NCBI RefSeq assembly: GCF_001194135.2
Contig: NC_068987.1
Coordinates: forward strand, 68,200,188 to 68,248,513
Direction: 5' to 3'
Source of the DNA: Octopus bimaculoides
Lineage: Eukaryota
DNA length: 48,326 nt
A program made the translations under genes and the position numbers. The notes beneath the pieces are model-generated. The model worked only from the letters and a program-made list of their open reading frames with translations, was not told the DNA's origin and made no database searches. Below, one piece after another: positions 23,903-36,879 of this stretch (positions within the stretch are counted from its first letter, which is position 1; each line of letters begins with the position of its first letter).

Positions 23903-25316
23903 ATATTCTCAATAAGCAATATACATACAAGGTGAAGATCACTTCGTGTCCGAGTACGTCTTGTTTTTGGAATGTTGTAAATTTTTGGAAAGATAAAATA
24001 GAAACCTGTAAACATACGCCAGCAGCCAACTGTAGAGTTATTGTCTAGTTCCAGAGATAAGCAGACTTTATTTAGTTAGCCTGTTCTTAGCCTTGACTAA
24101 TTAACAGATGAACCCTGCTATATTTAGTAAAACGCTGCCTGTTTTCTGGTGATGCTGTCGAATATCCTAAAGTGCATACGTACAGATATATAATTATGCA
24201 TTTCTAATCAGTCAGACCTCTATATTCTAGTATTCCAATAGCTGCAAAACATATTTCTCTAAATAATATGGTGTCCAAGTGAGTCTTATGTGCGAAACTG
24301 TCTATATTGAGTGGAGAGTGCATAGAACTGCATTTATTTTTCCGATAAAACAGTATTACACACTGAGGTTCAGCATTAGCCAAGACGACCAGAAGCTGGT
24401 CTTTACATTGGAAAAGAGATTTCCAAGAGAAAAGATCTAACCAGAAGCAGGTGTTCTTCATTCTCTTGCGACGCACTCCTTCAATATTACTTTCTACATC
24501 TCCGTGCAATTTCAAAATAGTCATTGATTTCACATAGGGTTTTTTTTCATTTGTGATATATTTCTTATCCTACTTGGATTCTAGCAATCTTCTTAACTAG
24601 GCAGTCCTAGAGGTGGACATGAGGTGGTTTGGTCTCCGTCTATCCTAACATGCATCAATCTGTACCGGAATACATGTTACCACATGTAAGCGATCTGATG
24701 TACATATATTGATTTGTGCGTGCATATGTGTGCGCCTACCTGCTTGTGTGTATTGTTATTCTTATTAAGTATCCTTTTTACATTAAATACTTTAATCGAT
24801 CTACATTTCAGTCTTATGAAATATTAGAATCTAATTTGATATCGAATTATTTTTTTTTTTCAATTACCCATTTTCTGTTTTAAGCTTCTGAAAAGCTACC
24901 AACAACAAAATACGTGTACGTGTGTGCGTGCATCGGTGTGTTTGTGTCGTTTGCGCGCGTGTTTATCTGTGTTTGTATCTCTGCATGTGTAAATCAGTAT
25001 ATATTTTTGTATTATTTACGGATTTCAAGAGGCATGAATCAATACGTAGTTGTGATTAAAAATTCAATAAATAAAGGCTCATAAAACGATTATCGGAATA
25101 AGTGTTGAGATCGATATTATTTACTAAAACCATTGGCGGTGGTACCTTAGTAAGGCCACAGAGGAGTGGTAGACGTTAGTAAAAATATATAGAACAGAAA
25201 AACAAAACCTGTCACTATTGAGCTATTCATTTCCTTTACACTTCCCAGGCAAAGTTGATCTATTTTCGTGCAAACACACACGTGCACACACCCAAGCACG
25301 CATACATGTATATGTA

Positions 25317-25843
25317 CAGTAATGTCTCACTTTACGAAGACCCACTTTACGAGACCCCGGAGTTACGAATTTGAAGCACAAGATCCAAATTTTGAACGAT
25401 GTGCAAAGTTTCTACTACCATAACAAATGCTTTTTCGCGTTACCGAGAAAATTTATCGATAACGAAAAAATGTTTCTCCTAAGTAAACAACTCTAGACTT
25501 ATTTTTTAAAAAGAAATCTACAAGTCTGTCTACGAGTACTTGTAAATCGGCGATCGTGTGTACAAGTGCGCGAGTCTAGTGCGAGTGTAAGTGATTCAGA
25601 AAGAGATTATTTTTTTTTATTATTATAAATGATCTTGACATTCTTTTTACTTTACATACGATATTCTTTACATTCTACTGTTGTTTTATTGCCTTTTATT
25701 TACTAGTATTATAAATTTTACAGGTAAAATATTTTTTTCTGGGAACGAATTACGATTTATAAGATTGCTATTATAGAAAGTTATTCCTCTGCTTTACGAG
25801 TGGTCTCCGGAAACAAATTAACTTGTATATCGAAGCATTACTA
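25317..25843. mobile_element. Tigger/pogo-like MITE (~527 bp)
   Basis: TA|CAGTAATGTCTCACTTTACGAA at the left end and TTGTATATCGAAGCATTACTA|TA at the right end: imperfect TIRs with a TA target duplication. Confidence 0.7.
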
Positions 25844-28099
25844 TATGTGTTTTTACATACATATATGTTTGTGTGTGGGGATTTAAATATCTACACTTAC
25901 TTACAAGAACGGATATAAGACGTGCGATTTAAGTATACATATGTATATGTATTATCACTGTGTGCACGTGTGTGTTGTCATATCAATATGTATGTGCAAG
26001 CCTTTTTAAATGTACTAAAACTTTGGATGTCACCACCTAATTGAATCTACGGTTCGACTTAGGTATTTGTATAGATACATGTTTGCATATCTACACATGT
26101 GCCTACCCACTTATTTCTTACTAAAATTCTGAAAAGCTCTACATATATTCACAGCAGCTTTTCGTGGTCTACAGCTGCAATTTCCGTATCAGTTGTATTG
26201 TATCTGGTTTTGTGAAGCTTCATTTATGAAGATTTTTGCTGCGGCAGTTCATTATGTTTCCATATTCTCCAAGATCTACATGTATTAATTTAAAGTGATA
26301 AACTAGGAGGAGTAACTGTAAATTTGTAGCTAATTTGACATCAGTGCTTTCTTTTTCTTTTCTTTTTTTGCATCATATCTTTAACATACAAGATCTATAT
26401 CTATGCCTATCTGTATCTTATCATGATGAATGGTACGCATGTGTATCTATAGATGCATATATGAATGCATGCATGTATGTATATTGTTTAACTATACTAT
26501 AGTTTCGAACACCCTACCTTATCATACATATTACGTCTGATGAGATTAGGTTATGTGTGAAATTGCGTTGTGCGGTTGAAATTACCTTGCGTAATAGTTG
26601 TCTGGGTAGATATGTTCAATTTTCAAACAATGTGAACACATATACAGCTACATTAGCCTGAGAATTTGTATAGTCTTCATAGAGACAGCATTTACAATGT
26701 AAATCATGTCTGTCTTATTTAGATAATTTTCCCTTTATATATATCCTTTTACAAAGAATGACTGTGGTGTGCTGGAAACCATAGGGTGGGTGAGATATAA
26801 ATCAGACCGACTTGATTATATTCGTTTCGCTTCTAGTATCAAAATGTATTGACGCCGACTGCGGCACTCATTTTTCCAGCGATGATGTAAATATAAATGT
26901 ATTAGTCAAACGCTGAGTCCAACTCCACCTATATGAAACATTTCCTGAAGCCATATCAAAGTTAGAAAGTAGTATTCCTTACCAATACCCAACCACACTT
27001 GATACCAGAATTATATTTTATATATAAAATGTGATTATATTGTGGAACTCTGAAAATATTAAAACCATTGTATATACGGCATTTGAGTACAGTTACAAAT
27101 ACCATAAAACAATTCTGAATTAGAATAATCTGTTTAGCGAAGTATATTTATATGGTGAAAGCAATTTGCAAACATGGAATATAGAATACTTAATTTTGAT
27201 TGAATTCTAATTTGTGAAGTATGCTGTTCTGTTATAGTAGGATGTAAAGCAGGAAAGGATGTAACATGGCAATGAATCAGCAGCACTATATTTTTCTGAA
27301 TCATAAAATTCCGATATGGGAAAAAGTTTACTACCTCAGACATACACATGTACTTGCATACGATTACAAAACGGATCACTATGAAAACAAAGAGTTTAGC
27401 TAAATATTCTACTATAACTATGAAATTAATACCGATTATAGTTGTACTCACTTTGCAGTATCAATTTTCCTGATCACATTTCTTAAGGTGATGAGAAATC
27501 AAATGAGTCTGTAGAATAATTTCAAGGGGAAAAAATGGTAGACATATCTTTATCCAATATTCTCGAATACCCGCTCTTCTAATGAACCAGCAAAATTATT
27601 CAGTGAGCCTACTAGAATAGAGACAGGTGTAGAATTCATATAGAAGTTTAAATGCTATATTCGCAGCATCAACTGCTTTAAATAAAGTACATAGATATAT
27701 TTTACATGAATTATTCCAACATTATCTTATCTAGGCTTCAAAAAATACGAATAGCGCTGGCGTCATCATGAAAATGAAAGATACGGAAGTAAAATTGATG
27801 TGAAATGATATGAAATGAATAAACAACAGGTGAGTAAACAAATCAAATATATACACAAAAATGTTTAAAAAGCATAAAAGAAGAGGGGGTTGTAATCACA
27901 GCGACACTTGTGAAAGTGAATTCTTTTGATATTCGTAAATATCATGCGGGAACAAAAGTGGATGTAATAAACATCGTTTTTGTCGCTGACTGTTCTGTTT
28001 AATGGCGGTTCCCGCAACGTGGCCACAGCGTATTGGCTAAAACGAGTTAAAGACTTTGAGGAAACATCAGTTTCTTCAAAGTTTTTAACTCAATAATGA

Positions 28100-28275
28100 T
28101 AGTGGTTTCTGAACAAGGCCAGCAATTTTGAAGCGGATTGATTAGTCGATCCCAGTACTTAAATAGCACTTTATTTATCGTCTCCATGGCGGTTAAAGAC
28201 AAAATTGATCACGGTAGAATTTAAACGCATGCTAAGTCAGGACAAATAGCGAAAAGTATTTTTCCAATACTTTAA
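28100..28275 (-). mobile_element. Degenerate copy of the OK-like SINE
   Basis: Reverse complement partly aligns with 22565-22790 (GTCGATCCCAGTAC, TTTATCG, AAAATTGATCACGG.AGAATTTAAAC). Confidence 0.5.
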
Positions 28276-28319
28276 AGATTCTTGCAGCGCATCACTTTAA
28301 TATTAATAATGATAACAAC

Positions 28320-29200
28320 AAAATCAATAGCAACAGAACAATAACAACACAACTAAATCAAGCCACTAGCAAGCCTTTAAATCGTAAAACCTGAAACATA
28401 TTCCATTAAGACGGAAGCTCTGGAAGTGAAAAATAATTTGATATCCTAAAAACTCCTCCTACAGAAAATGCGTCGATCACCATTAATGCTAAACGAAACA
28501 AACACAAGAGAAAACACTGTGGAACATCCAAATACAGAATACCTGAAAAGGCAAAGCAATGCACGCGAAATACCTCACAAAATAGATGCAAGTGTTTGAG
28601 AGTAATTAACTGAAGTTTTCCTAGGACCTAAGTGGTAATTTACAGGAAGATGATACAAACTAGTTGCTAGCTGTTATACAAGCATCTATATCCTATTATA
28701 GGATAAAAAATGGGATAGACTCATAATACGAAATTTGTGGTAAGAGGGAAAAGGCCATAGGCTCTATGATTTCAGGATGTTTGAAATTGACAAAAACTGA
28801 AAAGTCAATATATAGGGATTGAAAACACAAAAGTTTTTCATGCCAAAAGTTGCCTTATAGATGATTGATAAAGGCAAAAATAAACACATAAAAGTAACCT
28901 AGTCTTAAAACTATGAACAACATAGAGAAAAATCATTAATAAGCTCTTGACATATACCATGTGGATTATTGTCTACAAAATAGGAAATGCAAAACCAAAA
29001 CAAAGCACAACGCATACTCAAGGGACACACAGATGAGCTCAGAAATTTATTGACAGCATAAAACAAAAATATATCTACTAAAATATAATGATTAATTTAC
29101 ATAGTCCCAGGTAGAAAATTCCGATAGTTTCAGGAATGTTCTGCACGCACTACACACATTTTACGAGAGCATACGTAACAGGGTAACATACAACTGAACT
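28320..29200 (+). mobile_element. Dong-like LINE piece A: old C-terminal fragment
   Basis: GNLQEDDTN.LLAVIQAS, then CGKREKAIGSMISGCLKLTKTE (28736-28801; zinc-knuckle region). Ends just before (TAA)n. Confidence 0.6.
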
Positions 29201-29206
29201 CTGATG

Positions 29207-29209
<3 letters not shown>

Positions 29210-29280
<71 letters not shown>
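29210..29280 (+). repeat. (TAA)n tract
   Basis: Direct reading. Confidence 0.98.
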
Positions 29281-29700
29281 GGGGAAGTTAAACATGTGAG
29301 AGCGATAACACACAGCTCCGAAATCTATCCAAAATCACCGATAATAAAGAAAACTAGTGGAGCCAAAAATAACCGACAAAGCGTTAGACTATATCCGAGT
29401 AAGTATTACTCATTAAAATTTATTTCTATTTTCCAAATGAAATTGTATATTTGAACTGTGTATCATCTCCATCACTCGCACAACACGCTCGCGACATTAC
29501 GATCCAATCAATATCAGACCAGACACAAACAACTATCATACGCAAGTAAAAATGAAAAATAAATTAAACAAAGCGCTGAGAGAGCACAAACTTCCACCAT
29601 GGCAACGATTAGCCAGAATATCTGCTCTAACAAACGAGAATACTAAAAATTAACCCGACCACTCTCAAAGATTAAGTAGAAAGCAGAAAAAATAATCCAG
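29281..29700 (+). mobile_element. Dong-like LINE piece B: old N-terminal fragment
   Basis: NEIVY (like NDIIYAAA in piece C) and KLPPWQRL (29588-29611). Confidence 0.5.
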
Positions 29701-29704
29701 AATT

Positions 29705-29886
29705 TTCGTCCGGAATAGGATCGATCCCAAAATCTAATCAGTTCGTGCTAATCACGAGGCCAAACATCCGTGAAAGTTTCAATCAAGTCTATCCAGCGGT
29801 TCTTGAGATATCTTGTCCACGGACAAACAAACAAAGAAACAATTCTGAAAGCAATACCTCCGCTTTCGCTAAGTTGGAGGTAATAA
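29705..29886 (-). mobile_element. HINE/DINE-1-like non-autonomous Helentron fragment
   Basis: Minus strand starts TATTATTACCTCC...GGAGGTA (inverted TACCTCC 29855-61 / GGAGGTA 29876-82), then (GTTT)n, CAAGATATCTCAAGAACC, and GATTAGATTTTGGGATCGATCC. This architecture is typical of this repeat class. Confidence 0.55.
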
Positions 29887-29888
29887 TA

Positions 29889-32800
29889 CCCGTATTATTT
29901 AACCCAAGGATAACAAACGGGAAGTACGTATTTTAAACTTGTTACACAAAAGGTACGAAAAACTACATGTGCAAAACCATTTAACACCAGAAATGAACGG
30001 ACCAATACGCTGCGAAAATGATCACCATCAAAATAAAGGGCCGGACGTTATTCCTCATGTCCCGCAAATAAAATTAAAAAATCGTAAATGGACACGTGAG
30101 GAATATATTTCAATCCTACACAGTTATTTTACAAAAGTGCTCTACCGACAGAACGAAGACACAACATATACATTTAAAATCTGGAAGAAAAATAACATAA
30201 AGATTTGGATACACGAATGAACCCGAATAAACTAGCTTACATACGGAGATATATTCTCAAAACAAAAGAAAATATCAGAAATAGAAATAGAACACTTTAA
30301 AGAAAAAATACATCAGGAAAACGTTGATAGTAACCACACAGAAATGCCAAAGAGTATCATAAGCACTGGAACAGTAAAATACGAAGACGGACGTAACATG
30401 TCCAACAAAGACGAAGTAAACAACGAAAGACAACAAACTCAGACCGTAGAAATGTATAATGATGTCAAAATGTACCAACCCAGAACACCACAGACAAGAT
30501 TATGAATGGGACGAAATACGAAACAAATCTAAAACCTGGAAGCAAAGGTGAAACTAATGGTTATGATACACTAAAAATGAGCATAATCAAAGAATTGAAA
30601 GCCACAGATCTCAGTATGAGCCACCGATTGTACCGCCTAAAACCTGAAATTAATAATAGAACAGCATCAATATGAAATAGCATGAACCTGGCAGTCACAG
30701 AACTAATAGCTACAGAGACAAATGTGAATATGACCAGGCTAAATGATATAATATATGCAGCAGCCTCTGTGGCCACTAAACAAGCTGGATACCCCCCTAA
30801 AATCCATCCAAACAGGAGTATCACCACCCAAACAAACATTGTGGATGAATAATATCGAGAACAAATAGAAAATAAGAGAAAGGATCTGTCAATCCTTAAT
30901 GAAACTAATAAACAATCAACATTAATAAGCAACAAAAAGAGAAGGAAAATACTACGTAAATACAAACTTATAGAACAAGGCACACCTGAGGTAAAAGAAC
31001 AGCTAAAACAAGATATCCTCACCAAAGCACAAAGAACAAAACAAACAGTTCAACACCAACTTCAAAAGATTCTACCAAGAACGTGGCAAAATAAAATAGA
31101 GACCAATGTAGCACCAACATCAGAAGTGAAAGAATTTTGGAAGGAAATATGGTTGGCGAAGGAACAACCTCAGAAAAGAACTATCAAAACAACTAACACA
31201 GCACCTGAGGAACTCTGGAGCCCTATAACAACTGAAGAGGCCACCCAAGTACTGCAAAACCTAAGCAACTGGAAGGAATCCAGTCACAAGATCCCAAACT
31301 TCTTGTTTAAGTATCTAACAGGAACACATAAAAAGCTGGCTGAGAAATTTAATGAAATACTAGCAGAGCCAGAGGCAATGCCTGAATGATTCCCGGAAGA
31401 GAAAACTATCCTAATTCCCAAATGCACTGAAACGGCAAACCAACAAAATTACAGACCAATAACATACCTCCCTACAATTTACAAAGTCTTTACTGCAATA
31501 ATATCGCAGATAATTGGCAAACATCTGGAAGACAATAACCTGCTTCCAGAAGAGCAGAAGAGATGCTGGAAGAGGTCATACGGATGAAAAGATCGGTTAC
31601 TGATCAATAAAGCTATAACTAAAGACAGCCGAAGAAAGAAGATGGGTCTAAGTATGGCCTTGATCGATTACCGAAAAGCTTTTGATAGTATTCTCTATAC
31701 ATGGGTCTTAGAAACACTAGCCATGAACAATATAGCACCAATAATCATAAAATATGTAGAATATTCCACGAATAAATGGCAGATAACGCTACAGCTCCAG
31801 ACAAAAGGGGACTCATAAAAAAACAAAGCCATTCCCGTCAGAAGAGGAATATTCCAGGGAGAGACGCTCTCTCCACTCTTCTCCTGCTTGGCACTGGCAC
31901 CTTTATCTGACATACTAAACACTACTGGATTTGGATACAACTGTTACGGCAAGACAATCAGCCATCTCTTGTATATGGATGGTCTAAAACTGTACGCTAT
32001 TAATGATAAACTGTTGAAAACATAACTACAGATAGTAAATGGATTTACCAAAGAAATAGGCAAGAAATTTGGTTTAGAAAATGTGCCAAAGCAATCTTGA
32101 AAAGAGGAAAACTAGTTAAGAGTAGCAACATCACACAAGATAAAGCAAATGAAACTAGACAATTAGACCAAAGCCAGACATACAAATACTTGGGAATCAA
32201 TGAACTAGATACGATACAACACACACAAATGAAAGAGAACATAAAAAAATGAATACTATAGACGAGTTAGATTAATAGTGAAAACAGAGTTCAATGCGAT
32301 AATAGATATCAACACTCTAACCGTCCCAGTAATAAGTTACAGCTACAATATTCTGAACTGGACTGTAAATCAACTAATCAAAAAAGGCAGGACAACAAGA
32401 AAAATAATGATAGCATTTAGGATGTATCACCCAAAATCTGATTTAGAAAGGCTATATATACCACGTATAGAAGGTGGTAGAGACCTTATACAGCTAGAAA
32501 ACTATTACAAAATAATCAACATAGGACTACAGAAATGCCTACTTCAGAAGCAAGGAAAACTAATAAAGTAGGCACAAAACACTATCAAAACAAGAAAAAA
32601 TACTCTTTTCAGTCTTTAAGGAAGCTGACAAATACAAAAAAATAGTACCTAACAACTACGAAAAAAAAAAGAAGAAACAACAAAAGCTGTAATACGACCG
32701 AAATCCAAACTAAACCTGGAACAGCAACGGATCATGATGAAACGATAGCAAGAAAAGCCCCTTCATGGCTAATATTAGTTTACGCTAAACAGGAAAGAAA

Positions 32801-33409
32801 TAGAAAAAAAAATCCCAACAATGGCTGAGAAGCTCAGGACACAAAGCAGACACTGAATGTTTTTTTAATTGCAGCACAAGATCAAAGCCTTTCCACCAGA
32901 AATCACCAAAAACTTGGAATGAAAATAAATGCAACAAGTAACTGCAGAATGAGAAGTGATGGAGAAGAAACAATAGATAATTTGTTTCTGGCTTCCCAGT
33001 CCGGGCTAAGAAGGAATATATTCATAGACAAGACAGAGTTGGGATCTATATACACTGGAAGCTATACCAACAGTATGGAATAGCAACAGAAAAAAGATGG
33101 TATAGGCACACACTAGAAAAGGTCAAAGAATATGAGAAAGCAACCATACTCTGGGATATGCCAATACACTCAGATGAAGAAGTTAAGGCCAATAGTCCGG
33201 ATGTATTTGTTAGAGATCACCAAGAGAAAAAATGCGTTCTAATCAATGTGTCAATACCAACAGATGACAGTGTTTATCTAAAAGAAGCGGAGAAGCTTTC
33301 AAAATACAAAGATTCGGAAATAGAGTTAACTATCATCGTAGGCGCCTTAGGTATAATAAAAAAATATTTAGACAAATACATAACAAAAACAGCAGGACTT
33401 ACAAAACTA

Positions 33410-33412
<3 letters not shown>
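29889..33412 (+). mobile_element. Dong-like LINE piece C: near-full-length R4/Dong-clade (RLE) non-LTR retrotransposon, inactivated
   Basis: RKWTREE (30083), LNDIIYAAASV, EFWKEIW, LSNWK, LIPK..NYRPIT (31450), LLPEEQK, IDYRKAFDS, GIFQGETLSP (31855), HLLYMDG (31972), YKYLG, MYHPKSDLERLYIPRIEGGR, CRMR..EETID, ILWDMPI..NSPDV...INVSIP...KLSKY, IIVGALG. Many stops and frameshifts. The normal 3' end is missing. Confidence 0.95.
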
Positions 33413-33481
<69 letters not shown>

Positions 33482-33584
33482 AAGAAGAAGAAGAAGAAGA
33501 AGAAGAAGAAGAAGAAGAAGAAGAAGAAGAAGAAGAAGAATTACTACTACTACTAACATTATAATAATAATAATAATAATAATA

Positions 33585-33650
<66 letters not shown>
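33413..33650. repeat. Compound (AAT)n-(GAA)n-(TAC)n-(AAT)n-(ATT)n with a perfect 50-bp palindrome
   Basis: Palindrome 33561-33610, centred at 33585/33586. Confidence 0.95.
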
Positions 33651-33651
<1 letters not shown>

Positions 33652-33693
33652 CATGTTTTGAAAGGATTGGAGTAACCTCTCACAAAGGTAAAC

Positions 33694-34291
33694 AGACAAT
33701 AAGAAGAGTGCGATGCGATTGCAAAAGATATTATATTGGTTTCAACAGCTTGCCTGCCTTTGTCGAGTTCAAGATGAAAAGTGATACATTGAAATTCATT
33801 CCTCAAGGGCATGATGCTAATAACTCACAAACGTATACTTCCTCATGCATTTTTACGACTAAAAATGTAGCAGATTCAGAATCTTTTCTGAAAATATACA
33901 CCTTCAAGTCTTTTTGAAAATTACAGTTGTTTGATGTAAAACAGTTGCAATTTGGAAAAAGACTGAACAAGAAATGACTGGGGAATTTCATCATATCTAC
34001 ACAAAATTGTTTGATTAGGTATTCTTCTTCTTTTACATTTTCTTTTTCCTTGCTTTTACTTTCTTTTCCTTTTTGCCAGTTGTAAAATTGAAAGTTGAAG
34101 ACTGATGATGTCATCTGTCAAAGTGGGGACGCAGGTTGCCCTCCTTCAAACGTTTGAATTTGAATTTCTATAATTTTGAATTACTATGTATCACTTTTCA
34201 TCTTGAGCACGACCAAGACAGGTAGGCTGTTGAAATACTGCTCAAACCAATAAAATATCTCTTGCAATCGCATCGCGCACTTAGTATTGTC

Positions 34292-34292
<1 letters not shown>
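33694..34292. repeat. Inverted-repeat pair (33694-33798 and 34177-34292) around a ~380-bp spacer
   Basis: Left arm AGACAATAAGAAGAGTGCGATGCGATTGCAAAAGATATT...TCAAGATGAAAAGTGATACAT. Reverse complement of right arm AGACAATACTAAGTGCGCGATGCGATTGCAAGAGATATT...TCAAGATGAAAAGTGATACAT. One ~11-bp indel between them. Confidence 0.9.

Positions 34293-34340
<48 letters not shown>
34292..34340 (+). repeat. (TAA)n tract
   Basis: Direct reading. Confidence 0.98.
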
Positions 34341-34800
34341 TACTAGAAAAATTACATACGTTCCTTGCGGAAAACAATCTACTACCAGAAGAACAAAAGA
34401 GATGCCGAAAAGGATCCAAGGTCACAAAGGACCATCTTGTTATAGACAATTTTGTAATTAAGAACTACAAATGGTACCAAAAACAGTTGTGCATGGCCTG
34501 GATAGATTTTTAAAAGGCTTATGACATGGCTGAGAACGTGTGCACCGATTAAGAACAACATACTTAGTTGGAAAACGCGTCTGTTGTGTAACAACCTGCA
34601 CTTAGCCGAGGTAACAATCAAACGAGATATCTTGCAGGGAGATTCTTGTTCACCTTTTTTTATTTGTTATAGCCTTGATCCCACTTCCTGTAGTCCTACG
34701 CAAAGTCAACGCTCCCTATGAGCTGAGAAAGAATGAATCTCGTTTCAACCACCTTGTTTTCACGGATGACTTCAAACTGTTCACAAAAACAGCCTAAAAT
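34341..34800 (+). mobile_element. Dong-like LINE piece D: RT-core fragment of a different subfamily
   Basis: NNLLPEEQKRCRKGS..KDHLVID, MAWIDF.KAYD, WKTRL...ILQGDSCSP and NHLVFTDDFKLF (~34759). Starts directly after (TAA)n. Confidence 0.85.
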
Positions 34801-34899
34801 GGTTCTAGAACCTAGCAGTTCTTTCTAGCGTAAGGAATCTCATGAGTGGATTCCTCTTATATATTTAAATATACACTGTATCTTATATGTACATGTGTG

Positions 34900-34958
<59 letters not shown>

Positions 34959-35844
34959 TGCGCACACAAACACACACAAAAACACATCTTTCCCATATGC
35001 ATTTGTGAAATGTATATTTATTACATATATGAAACCAGCAGATTCTTAAATGTATATGCAAATAATGGGTATATACAGTTTAAATGAAAGAAATATTCCT
35101 GCGAGAAAAACTTTCAAAGAAACCTTGTTTTTATTCTATGAATTCCTGCCAGAAATCTCATTATTAAATCATGAAGTTAGCAAACATTAATACATCAGCT
35201 AATTTCACACAGAATATTCAAAGATCTAATTGGTTTATAATTGGACACTGTTTCCGAAACATCTTTCTTCTGCAATATTTCAGTAATTTTCCTGCGTATC
35301 TATGAAAATCTCTTGGATTAAAAACAAGGTAAATTTGTGGTGTTGTATTTTTAACCGCTTTATAGAAGCATTTCGATATACATATAAGTTATAAATAAGT
35401 AAGCAGAATATGAAGAAATGTACAACACAAAGACGATATTGGTAACGAGGAAGTAAATTTGGGTATATTCATCAGAATTTCTAGTCTGGCGACTAAGAGT
35501 AGATAACACGGTACCTGAATGCATATGTGCAAACAAGTGTAAGTGCGGATGCACGCACAATTTTATATGTTTATGTATATATAGATATATGAATATTTAT
35601 ATTCTTTATGCATACATATATATATATGTGTATGTCTGTAAATAGATAGATTTATATGTATTTTTTCACCTATATATTCCATTAACTATTTACCTATACC
35701 AAATATACATATCTGGGTGACAGTGTACGTATGGATGTATGAGCAAATATATTTATGCATAGATGTATGAATGCATATGTATATGTATATACCCATGCAA
35801 ACGGAAGCAGGTATCAATATAATTGAATGTGTACATTATTACGG

Positions 35845-35924
<80 letters not shown>

Positions 35925-36820
35925 CATACTTACATATATATTGAAAATTTTATACTACGCAATCGTTACTCTCACGTGTCCTCTTCCAGTACGCTTATAA
36001 CTGGGTCTGTTGTTTGCCAGGTGTCAGATTATGAACCGAGTGTAGGTGTTTGAAGAGGATCTTATTAAAGTCTTCGCATGTATGTTGTAGCGAGTACTAC
36101 ATCGCAAAAAACTAAACTTCTTATGAATTCGAATCACTTCAAGTGAAGCATGTGTGTGTATAAAGATATAAATTAAAGAAGGTTGTTGTGTAAGGCCGGA
36201 ATAATACGAGACTTAATCTAACAAAAGGAAAGAAATAGAACAAAGCTGCAGTTTTACTTAATATTTCTATATTTTGGGATGAAGATACCTTCTTCAGGAC
36301 ATGTAGAAAAAGCAGTAGTTGGAAAAGTCGTCGCTCAGTCGAGTGGGGAGCTGAGGGGAGAGGATACAAACACATATGTAATATGTAAAACTACAAAATC
36401 ACGGCGGTGATCGAGCATGACAGTAGTATATGACTGAAACGAATAATAGAATAAAAGTATACGCATGCGCGCGTATGTGTGCGTTAGTTTATTTACACGT
36501 GTATGTGCATGTATAATTATCGATATATGTGTCTTTGGCTTTTGATCCGGTGATATATACACGTCAAAATATGAACAAGTGTGTTTACTTGTCTTTTGAG
36601 TTATCTGCTTATTCTTAAACATATTCTCAAACAAATGTAAGCTCATATTTAATTTGTATATATCTGTACTAATGGATGTGCTTTTAGTAATTTTCTTATA
36701 AAATATTCACAGACGTGGTATCCACGTATAGCTGAACTATGCAAAACACACATTCTTTGCATTGTCACATTCTTTTTGCTTCGTTTCCGTTTCCTCTCTC
36801 TCTCTCTTTTCCGCTTCTTA

Positions 36821-36823
<3 letters not shown>

Positions 36824-36879
<56 letters not shown>

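Noticed and set aside
30561-31025. 154-aa hydrophobic minus-strand ORF (also 12603-13025 on plus and 5716-6081 on plus)
   Set aside because: These are antisense shadows of transposon coding strands.
31972-33260. Idea that the catalytic changes in Dong piece C (YMDG, CRMR, INVS) reflect ADAR editing or domestication
   Set aside because: The changes go in mixed directions and come with many stops and frameshifts, so neutral decay is sufficient.
34050-34135. Strong pyrimidine tract plus AG at ~34079, suggesting an exon
   Set aside because: All three frames stop within about 10 codons, and it lies in the spacer of the inverted-repeat unit.
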